Notes under the pieces: generated by a model
Database searches by the model: none
Told to the model about the DNA's origin: nothing
The model's input: the letters and a program-made list of their open reading frames with translations, nothing else
Shown here: one piece after another, positions 1-10,719 of the stretch
Position numbering within the stretch: the stretch's first letter is position 1
Layout of the letters: every line of letters begins with the position of its first letter
Origin: Antedon mediterranea
Taxonomy: Eukaryota > Animalia > Echinodermata
Assembly: GCF_964355755.1 (NCBI RefSeq)
Contig: NC_092678.1
Span: 20,229,365-20,293,364 of the forward strand
Direction: 5' to 3'
DNA length: 64,000 bases
Made by a program: the position numbers and the translations under genes

Positions 1-82
1 TACTATACTACATCCTCTATTCACCAGCCCTTATGCCTCTTTTGTTTTATTTCTCCTTTGTATCTTGTCCAAATACATTCAC

Positions 83-124
83 TTGCACTGATGAAGGGCT
101 AGTGTTGCCCGAAAGCTCTGCTAA
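83..124 (+). ncRNA. Minimal hammerhead ribozyme motif, probably in a Penelope-like element terminal repeat fragment
   Basis: TTGCA-CTGATGA-(A)GGGC tagtgtt GCCC-GAAA-GC-TC-TGCTAA. Both core boxes are present, with stem II GGGC/GCCC, stem I TGCA/TGC and a palindromic AGCT in place of stem III, as described for Penelope-associated minimal hammerheads. Confidence 0.7.
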
Positions 125-770
125 CTTTTCTGGCTGTTTTACTTTATCGTTTTGATTTAGCTTTTCGCTTTTTTTTTTGTATCTTCATTGAGATCCAGCC
201 ACTGATACCAACAGCATTGTCATTTTTCAGTATTTTGCCTTTGGATTTATACATATGCTAGTAATATATAAATTGTTTAAAATATTATATGAAACATGAG
301 TGATCTATAAATGTATAAATTGAAAAATTAAAAAAACTTTTAATTAAAAAAGAATTTTTAACTTTTACACAATCAGATTGTTCAGATAGCAATTGCATTT
401 TTATTACACTTTTGTTAACATTTTATTATACCATATTTTTCTATGTATTTTTCTAAATTTGTTAAATGTCGGTTTTTGTATCGTTCAAGTTGACAGGGGC
501 TGGTCAAGCACATCACAAGATGACAGTTTTATACTTTTGCTTTTCCGCTACTCCCCTGTTATATGTTTGGTTTTTTTTGCTATGTAGAAAGATTGAAAAT
601 AAATAAATAAATAAATAGATATGTTATCATGAATTAGTATAAGGTGTATGTATAGATGTATGTTATATTGGTAAATACCGGTCGTTTTCTACATTCCTAC
701 CGCATGCAAATAGTTTAGTTTTACCAAATACTGTAATTAGGATTGATTAGATTAGATGTATGAAAGTAAA

Positions 771-1075
771 AATGATGATGATGATGATTACTGCCTTTCC
801 GCTGAAAAGTCTGCCGACATTTCCGCTTGGGCTGCTCCGTAAATCTCTTTTACCAGTTTCTTCCAGTCTGATCTTTCATTGGCTAGTTCTTCTAGTTGTT
901 CGATGTCTTTCTTGGTTTTCAATTTACTCAGGATACTTGATATTTGTGTTCTGCTTATAAAGGTTGAGTAGGTCGTTGCTGAGAGTTATTGGTAGGGTGG
1001 TTCTCGGTCTTTTTCGAAATTTTTTATTGGTAGTGTTGCTGAAATAATAGCTTATTGCTGTGTTGGCTGGTGTAA
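771..1075 (-). mobile_element. Degraded 3' end of a non-LTR retrotransposon (RTE-like)
   Basis: The minus strand reads FRKRPRTTLPITLSNDLL...LEELANERSDWK, resembling RTE C-termini, followed by a (CAT)n tail. Confidence 0.45.
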
Positions 1076-2050
1076 AAATCATAATAATAATAATATCCTG
1101 GATTTATATAGCGCCTAATGTAATGAAACAATGTTAATGATGATGAAATAAAAGTGGGAAACCCACAAAAGACAAAAAAAAATACCTTATAACCAAAAGG
1201 ATGAACTGGTCTATTGGGTCCTTTCGTTATTTGGACTTTGCTATTAAAAGTAAGAAATTTCGTAAAGCTTTTTCTATCTTTTTATAATCCTTTTTCTAGA
1301 CTAAATGTTCTCAAAAACGGATTTACTTGTAGATGATTTAATTCATATACATTTGACTCCACTATTGATATTTTCTGTAATTGTTTATCTTTATTTAAAT
1401 CCAAAATTATGAAATGTTTGTAATTGGTCCTTGTGGACCTTGAAGATGTTCTTTTTTTTTTAAACTTACATGGGTTCATCCCACTTTTATTTCCATACAT
1501 ATGTTCTCTTTACTTAATATTTTTCTCTAAACTTTTTCATTTCAATACACTATGCATTATTATAACAACAATGTTTGTATTCACCATCTGTTTACATACA
1601 CCTTTTTTAAAGAGTTTTGTTCATTTGTTTACATATTATCACATTGATTTTTGTTGTTATCTTTTCCCTTCATAGTTTCCTCTTTTTATACATATTATCT
1701 ATTATCTATAGGCCTAATACATTTTTATTAGCAAGCTTATTTTTTTTTTACATAGCCAATTTTTTTCATCTCCATGCATAGTTAATTCATACAAATATAA
1801 TATATTTTATGTTTAATAAATTCATGTAATTTAACATCTCATATGGATTGTTTATTTTATTTGTTTTTGGATTTATCTATGCAAACATATTTTCATTTAA
1901 CAATGCATATTCTTTCTTATACTAACTATTTACTGTAAAAATAATATGTATAAGATGTTCTTATTTTGGGTTTATGTATAATGTAAATGGCGGTTTCTCC
2001 GTTGAATTGAAATAAATAAATACAAAAATTGAAATAGATACTAGATTTAA

Positions 2051-2384
2051 AGATGTATTGTCCCCAAAAAACATGAAAATGAAGATTAATTAAATAAGAC
2101 TTTTGAATTTTTTATTTTGTAGTTTTATTAAAGTTAATCACTTCTATAGAAGAAAAACAATATTTTCATTTACAAAATGACAAAATAAATGGTTAAATTT
2201 AACCAAAACCCACTGGCTGGCAGCCAATTTGACCATTTGTTTCTTTAAATCACAGTTTTTATTCAGGTAAATAATTTTTTTAAGATCCAATTTGTTGTCA
2301 AAGTGGATAACTATTATGTTACATTAATGGCATATTCAACAAAAAATGTGTTAATAATTATATTTTCAGAGGGACAATGCATCT
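2051..2384. mobile_element. Non-autonomous DNA transposon (Kolobok-like MITE)
   Basis: TTAA|AGATGTATTGTCCC...GGGACAATGCATCT|TTAA gives TIRs plus a TTAA TSD. Related copies lie at ~22984-23336 and ~41593. Confidence 0.7.
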
Positions 2385-5300
2385 TTAAACTTCTTCGGTT
2401 TGTAATTGTGATACCTAAACAGTGTGTGATTTAAAAAAAATAACAATTAGGCCTATAGGCCTACTTATCCGGTTTACAGTAATTTAAATAAACTTTAAAT
2501 AGTTAAAAGCTGCATTTTTTTATTTAATAATTAAGAGTACGATATTTAATTTTTTAATATGTATATTGTGAATTGTGTTATGAACACACGTACATGTTTG
2601 TATTTTATGTGATAATTATTTTAAAAGAAATTTCGTATGACGTCGTGAGGTGGTTTCCCGAATGATCGTAAAATCAAAATGGTACTGGATATGACCAACT
2701 AGCGTTATTGTCACCAACTAGTCATCAATTCATAGAAGTACTGATGTAGTAGCCTATCTGTACGGTGACCATAGGATGTGACCCGAGACATGACTAACTA
2801 CGACTTTTAGTTGATAGAAGATTGAAAACATTTTGTTAAGAAGAGTTGTACTGTATGTGGATGTTTATTGAAATTGATGTCAATAATGTTTAAAGGATAG
2901 ATTTGTGTGTTTGTTTGTGTACTGAATGCAAGGCAAAGTGATTTTAAGAAGGAGAAATATTTATGACTATTAGTATTATGTTTGATACATCTGTAATAAA
3001 AAAAAAATAATAATACAAATTCATAAATAAAATTCATCATATTGTGATAAGTCAAGTTGTTATAACAAACACATTTTGTTAATGGAATTTTAAATATATT
3101 CATAATGTTTGATTTAAATGTTTTAGTTCAATGCTCATTAGGCCTATTTATAATTTATTGTGTTTAAGTAAGTTTATGTTTAAACGATTGTTAGGTCATA
3201 GACGAATAATGACTCATCCGTTTTCGGCGCCTGCGCACGTGCATATTTTTTTTTGAAACTGTAGACGGGACATTATTTAGATGTACGTCACTGTCCTCAT
3301 AAATTGAAAGCCACAAAATATTTCCATTTCGTAATATTCCTCTCTCGGCAAGTGGAATTGCATAATATAAATGCAACATTATCCGTCAGTTATTGTAATA
3401 AATTGTCACTCTGGTTATAAAGATATTTATTTAACAACATCTTTATCCAGGATGATTACACAATTGGGTAAATAGAAACCCGTTTTGCATTGTGGTAAGC
3501 CTACTGTCTTAAATAAAACAAAAAAAATAAAAAATCAGGAAAAAAAATAGTTTAGTAAAAAAAAAATGAGATTGATAAAAATTGTTGTGGAATGTTTAAT
3601 TTCAGTTGGTATAGGTTTTTTAAATATTTGTCAATGTTTATAAAAAATAAAAGTGATTGAATCTTCATTCTGATTCTATATCCGGATAAGATACCGTACG
3701 CCTACTCATTTGCGCTGTGCATTAATTTGGCGGTTCTATAACATCACACGACGACGAATTGGGTATGTTTATTACGTATGAGGCCTACATGATGGCAGCC
3801 GGCGTACGAGATATTGCGCAATATGGCCTGCGGGCGTCGATTATTGTGAAATGTTTTTCAATCAGCGTTCGTGCATGAAATACGTAGGAGGCCTACAATG
3901 TGACGTCGACAGTGAGCGCTAGTATCTATATATAAATTATGGTTAATTCTGACATAGGCGAGCACAATGCAAAAACTTCGGTACAAATCTCCGCCTTGGA
4001 TACCTACCTTATCTATCCGAGATGTACCGCGAAACGCAGATTTGATAACATTAGTGTTCACGCCGACGCTATTGTTCCATATTTATATCTTAGGAAGATA
4101 TTATAAAGAGTTTTTTAACAACAGTTATGATTTCAACATTAGATTTTCCTCTCAATTTCAATTCTTCCCGGTCAAAGTAATTTCCGTGTTTAAGATAAGT
4201 TCACCTTGCAACAACCTTAGTTTCAAATATTTTCTCTCTTTTAAACACAAGGGAGCAGTTAAAATAATAGATTTGACCCTAAAGGTGACTGGAAACAGGC
4301 ACTTCAATACAGTGTCCCTTTGGAAGACAAAAAAAAAATCAGATAGTAGGAGTGGTTGGCCATTAGTCATAGCCATTTCAGTTTTTTGTTTATTTTAAAA
4401 CATACCACGCGTGTGTGAAGGTACAGTAGTTAAATTATACTGCAAATTAATAAAGATCAAATTAAATATACGTCATAAAGAATCAGAATATATTGTGGGA
4501 AATAGTATTATAAAATTACATAGGGAGATTTGATGATAAGACATTTTTCGAGTGAAATCTCGATAGCTGAGTTTTATTGAGTAAGCTTGCAGGAATAACT
4601 GTAGGCTATCTTCATGTGTCCCGTTAGGACCGAGATGTCTGCCCATGTTGCAAGCCGTAATGTCTTCTTTCTTGGGCCCACTCTGTTACGGCAGTTTCAA
4701 AAGATGATTAAATTAAATAATGTATTAATAATTATTAGGATGGTATTCATTTGAATAAACGCCTCTCCAATAAAACATCACTTTGAATAATAAACCCAAC
4801 CCCCCCCCCCCCCAACCCAACTATCTAATAAACGTCCATCCACATATTTATAATAACAAAATTATACTATTTGTAGTAGAATTCACCGCACTGTTATCTA
4901 CAATTTACCAAGCATTTGTTATTCTTTTTTAGCACTTTTCATATCTATTAGAGGATTTCATTTGATTATAAATGTTACCATATTATTAAAACTAAAAAAT
5001 TTAACATATATCCCTCGAATAAGCACCTCTACTCCCTCAAATGACCTCCGCCTCCCCAAAGGGCCCGCTACCAAACAATAAAAACTATACTTTAAAATGT
5101 TATTAATCATCTAAAACACTGTGAAACAAAGTAGTTTAGTTTTACGAATGTCAAGCATTTTCAATAATGGTAACCGACAGAAAACGTATAAGGAGAACAT
5201 TATCATTCCGAGAACCATCGTCTACACATCCTAGAGGGGGAGCGAGCGAAGCGAGCTCACCCTCTAGTAATATTAATTACACATGATCTATGAGTCGAGT

Positions 5301-5459
5301 GAGTAAAATGAATAATAATATACGGCAAGTACAGGCCAGTATATTTATACTACTGTATTAAATATAGGGCTTAATTAATAATCATAATTCGTATTGCCTT
5401 GCTTTAGGCCTAGCAGACTATATAAACCGTTATTTCCAAGTTTGCGCGTTTGGTGAAGA

Positions 5460-6105
5460 CCACTGTCAATATAGAAAAGCTCAAAGAAATGAGCATTGTT
5501 GGGCCAATGACGTAAAACAAATAAATGGATTTGGTAACATATGGTACTTAAAACAGGTCAATAATATATATACTTTTATTTCAAATTTTAAACAAAGGTT
5601 TACATACATTGAACGACAGTAATTCTATGAAGATACTAGGCTACACTCTAAGCTCCAATATTACAAACACATTAAATATAATTTTGGAATTGAAGAATAT
5701 CTAAATAAAGTAACACATTACAAACATAGACAAATTATGAATAAGATAAGACTAGGAATATTAGAATTAGAAATTGAAAAAGGAAGATGGAATTGTATAG
5801 ATAGAAATGAAAGATTATGCAAATTATGTGCTTTACAAGCAGTTGAAGATGAATATCATTTCACTTGTGTCGGTCCATTTTATTCAGATATTAGAACTAA
5901 ATATATGTTTTCCTTTTATACAAACAACCCAACTAAATTAAAATATACTTATCTTATGTCTACTACAAATACTGATCTTATTTGGAAAATATTAATTGTT
6001 TTCATTTAAACGTAGAATAGAATTTTAAAGCGCACTCAAATCATATTTATTTAACTAATATTACATTGTATATTATTTGGGCCAAACGCCATATATAATA
6101 AATGT
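5460..6105 (+). mobile_element. Degraded LINE 3' fragment (C-terminal zinc-binding region)
   Basis: ORF 5737-6009 contains RLG..LEIEKGRW...RLCKLC...VEDEYHF..V...Y..IR, typical of the C-terminus of non-LTR ORF2 proteins. The upstream frame is broken. Confidence 0.7.
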
Positions 6106-6974
6106 TTCTTGGATTTCCAAGAAAAAAGAAGAAGAATAATAATTAAACATTTTAAATTAAAGTTAACACATTATTTCTTACGGATTTTTTTTTCCTAAGG
6201 AATAATAAATAATAATAAAGTATCATATTATGTATATATTATGCTGAATTATAAACATCATAGGCACGAAACAAAATTACCGACATCAACCTCGTCACTA
6301 TCATCATTAGCGACATAAACCTCGTCACTATCATCATTAAAGCCTGGTTTCCATAAAATCGCTACACGACAGAGATTCTATGGAAACACTGGAATTTATC
6401 GGCGGAGATCTAGTACGCGAGAGCGCTAAATATTTTTTGGTAGGCGCGGCCTACGCGTATACGATTCATCGCCGACAAAATCGGCAAAGTTGAACATGGT
6501 TGAACTTTGCCGATTTGACTGCGATGAATCGGAGAGCCTTCCCGATAGCGTCGGCGACATCTGCGAGTGTAGCGATTTTAATGGAAACGCTGTAACGATT
6601 TTAATGGAAACCATATTTTTAGTGACAGCATTTAATTATATTTTGGTACTTTAAAAGTTCCTGTGTCTGATTTAATATGAGGCTTAAATAGGCATTTATT
6701 TTTTTAATTGGTTTATACTTTCGGTATCTTTTATTCATCAAGTATATACATAAAACAATTCATGGCAGTATAAACTGAATTGCGAACTAAGTAGTTAAAT
6801 ACATTATACAAAATATACAGAATTAAACAAAATGAGCAAAATGAGGATTAATACAATAGTTAAGTCACGGTAAATATTATGTGTGTATTGTTTTGTTTGT
6901 GTTTTTCTGCCAAGAAAACAATTATCATTATATAGGCTCATTACGTATGAATGACTTAAATCGAATCTGAATCT

Positions 6975-7360
6975 ATTTGAACGAAGGCACACTGTAGAGT
7001 AGGCCTAATAGACAATATTTGAACGAAGGCCCACTGTAGAGTAGTAGGCCTAATAGACAATATTTGAACGAAGGCCCACTGTAGAGTAGGCCTAATAGAC
7101 AATATTTGAACGAAGGCCCACTGTAGAGTAGGCCTAATAGACAATATTTGAACGAAGGCCCACTGTAGAGTAGGCCTAATAGACAATATTTGAACGAAGG
7201 CCCACTGTAGAGTAGGCCTAATAGACAATATTTGAACGAAGGCCCACTGTAGAGTAGGCCTAATAGACAATGTTTGAACGAAGGCCCACTGTAGAGTAGG
7301 CCTAATAGACAATAATTTGAACGAAGGCCCACTGTAGAGTAGGCCTAATAGACAATATTT
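6975..7360. repeat. 42-bp minisatellite, about 9 copies
   Basis: Unit TATTTGAACGAAGGCCCACTGTAGAGTAGGCCTAATAGACAA. It explains the 14-aa repeat ORFs at 6956-7332. Confidence 0.95.
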
Positions 7361-7966
7361 CAGACTTAACAGTTATTTTTAGTTTTTATTTTGTTTTCCA
7401 TAATTTGAAGTTATGTGTAGGCCTACCGTTAAATTTCATTTTGAGAAACCAATGATGTGTACTCGACTTCTTCATTGTTATGTTTCAATAAAGAAGTGCC
7501 TCATCATCAGCCTCATGTTTACGGAATGTAGAATTCCCTCTTTTTATGAATTGTCAAGAATATCAATATATGGCCTGATGTGTAGACTTAAGCAAAAATA
7601 TTTTAATCTCAACGATTATAAGCAACGTCTTAGTTAAGTCGAAGATGCTCTCCAGATGGAATGCCATCCTGAGATGGTAGTAATTTTGTTTATTTTATTT
7701 ATTTCATTTATATGTAATTTACTTTCTATGGACCAGTCCGAAATAAAAGATTGAATGAATGAATGAATATTCTTATTAAATTCTAGCATTGATTAGTAGG
7801 TTTATTAAGGTTAATGTTTCATGGCTTTCACAAGCGCCTTGAGCACTTTAGTGGATATGTGCGCTGTATACATATCTTATTTCATTTATCTTTTTATTTC
7901 GGAATATCATGGTGACATAATAATTATATCCATAGCAAAAGAGAGAAAAAAAAATCTTAATCTAAC

Positions 7967-8026
<60 letters not shown>
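7967..8026. repeat. (TTA)n microsatellite
   Basis: About 20 perfect triplets. Confidence 0.95.
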
Positions 8027-8027
<1 letters not shown>

Positions 8028-8296
8028 GGCAATAAAATGAACGCATATATATCTGGTCAAAACTGAACATTGCGTGTAGGAGGCCTAGGCCTACTACTCA
8101 TCATACACCCACACGTCCACGTGACTATTCATACATCCATCCGCGTCCAATCTCGCTCGTTGGTGGACGTGCGTACATGTATGCACGGCCGGACGTACGA
8201 TCGAGTACACGACGTCACACCAGAATGTGGTGGCGCTATACGATGGCTCTGTTTATTAAAAGCTGCAGCAAATGTATCATCGAAAAGTGTGTAGCC

Positions 8297-10634
8297 CAAA
8301 GATCGTATAGCGCCACGTAGTGGCGCAAGATATGGAACTGACGCTCAAAAAATGATAATTCCATGGGCAGCCATTCCGGCAAGCGGATTACCCAGTAGGC
8401 AATGCGGCACGCCACCAAATCAATGAAAACAAATAGGATTTACATCTACGCGATAAACAGTACGACTTTATTTTATCTTTCGCGTCAAAATGAAAGAACA
8501 TCTATATAAAATTCGATTATATAAATTTACTCCATTTGATATTACACTTACATATGCGTATATCACTGTCCAACCTCAAACGGCTACAGAATAAACACTG
8601 ACTGTATGAAGGACGAATTTTGTAGGCAGTCGGTTGAGGCATAGTTATAAATAGTGTCGCGGGGCGCAGCGCGATGCTACGCACTTCACGCCCAAGGTCG
8701 GCCGCGTTTGGCCTAGGCTGGGATGATGGCTTAGTTTATGTGCGAGAGAAGCATTTTTTTGGAGATGAATTGTAATAATTGCCAAATATATTGTCCAAAA
8801 CTGTCTTTTTAATTTAAAAAAAAAAAAAAAATTAATGGGCAGGGGGATGTTCTTTCCCCTGTTCGGACCCTCTCTTTCTATTTTGTGTGCTTCAGGCCTA
8901 CAAAGTTATTTCATTGCAAGGGGAATTTTACTACGATCTGCCACAACTGTAGTATACTGTACAAACATTACTAGATACAAAAACAATTGTTACATTTTTT
9001 TAATTTCAAAAAAGTAAAAGTATTAAATATTAATTTTAAAAATTCATAATCATAATTTGTTCTTTTCAACCCACTTTTATTAGCTCAACTTTCAATATTA
9101 CAGACAGGATTAAAATGCAATAAAAATACTGAAAAATCTCACTTTATACAATATTAATAAATAATGATGGAATAATTAAATACACTCAATAAATAAATTA
9201 CGAATGTATGGTTTTAGCCTTCTTAAATACAAGGAAAATTCTATTATTTTGATTTCTTGTATTACAAAAGAAGCCAATAGGCCTAAACAACAGTACTGAT
9301 AATAACTGAATTCTGGTTATTTCCTTTCACTTAAAAGTATGAGGTGTGTGAAAATAGTGATTTTATTTGTAATCCCATAGGATACTGCTCCTTTTCAAGA
9401 ATCAAAAATATAAACTATTATTACTATTGAAATATAATTGTCCATCAGTTCTGGCCTTTGTATTTAATTCTTGTGTAAAATACCACTTTGCACTCAATCA
9501 TCTATCTTCTCAATTTTACAGTATGATGACAGACTTATATCTTTCTGAAATAGGGAAAAATATATCATTAAATTATTAGGTCACTTTTCGAACTGTTACA
9601 TAATCATTTGATTACTTATTATAGTATTTTAAAATACTATACATTTTTAAATTCAAAACAAAAGTCAATATACTATTTATTAATAATTGTAAGTATTCAA
9701 AAATGTTTACATTAATTAACTAAATAAATATGAGGATCAAATTTATAATTTAAATTTATTAAATAAAAAAAACAAACAATTCATTCATTCATAATAACAT
9801 TTATTTCTTATCATTTCAAAGTAAACAAAATAACAATTTAAATATAAATAATTAAGAGGCAACACCCAGAAAGTAATAACATTTGGAGGTTTCCCTCCAA
9901 AAAAACTTGTGACGGGTAGCCAGTTAAGAAATTGTAATCATATTGGAGTTTAAACAAACAGAAACAAAACAAGACAAACAAACATGTAAAGCAAGACAAC
10001 GACAAATTAACAACAATAACAACATCCTCACGATTTTTGATTTCATTACATTTAATTATTTCTGTTAATGTTATTATTAATAAAACGCTATATTGTCTTG
10101 TACATTTTTATTAAAAATTCCTAATTCCCGAACAGCTTCAGTTTTTTTCTTAATCTTCCATCCATCCAAGCCTTGTTTGATCCATCTATCATCAAGACGC
10201 CAATCAATATCATTCATCTCCCAGACTTTTTTTTATTAATCATACTAACTAAACTAGGCCTAGTATTCGGCATTAAATATGCCCAGGCCTACTACTACTA
10301 GTACTAGGCCCTAGATCGGATTGCGCAGAGAAACGCCTGCCTGAACTAAATTTAAACAACAATTTAATAATTTTGTTAATGTTTACTAACAAAAAAATAT
10401 ATATTCTAAAAACTTACCACTACAATTTACCCAATACAACACGAGAAAACTTCCCGAACAAACAATAACACGTCACACGTGGATGTGGTTCAATGGTTTA
10501 TTATACACTTCCGGGGTATGTGATCGCGTAACTTGCTTGCCGGAATGGCTGCCCATGGAATTTCACTCATGCGCAGTGTATAAGAGATAGGAGTTCCCTA
10601 TCTTGCGCCACTTCGTGGCGCTATAGTATCTTTG
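8297..10634. mobile_element. Non-autonomous P-element-like DNA transposon, 2338 bp
   Basis: Termini are CAAAGAT...ATCTTTG with imperfect ~90-bp TIRs (TATAGCGCCAC..AGTGGCGCAAGATA; AATTCCATGGGCAGCCATTCCGGCAAGC). A perfect 8-bp TSD GTGTAGCC lies at 8289-8296 and 10635-10642, and a single GTGTAGCC occurs at the equivalent site upstream of gene B. No transposase ORF. Confidence 0.85.
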
Positions 10635-10719
10635 GTGTAGCCGCGCCTAGGAGGAGAAAGACGTGCTTGTTGCAGAGAGAGTGCTATTTTAATTTAATGT
10701 AATGCTAGACTTATACTAA

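Noticed and set aside
3660-4398. CpG-rich patch with ORFs 3858-4061 and 3967-4398
   Set aside because: No recognisable protein motifs or consistent splice structure. It may be a repeat fragment and cannot be called.
5231-5268. Hairpin AGAGGG..GAGCGAAGCGAGCTC..CCCTCTAG as a terminator or ncRNA
   Set aside because: More likely an isolated Helentron-type 3' end. Bacterial terminators are not relevant here.
6956-7332. Repetitive ORFs or a CRISPR-like array
   Set aside because: The 42-bp units are contiguous with no unique spacers. This is a minisatellite and the ORFs are by-products.
10589-10598. kB site upstream of gene A
   Set aside because: It reads AGGAGTTCCC, lacking the first G, and is part of the transposon TIR.
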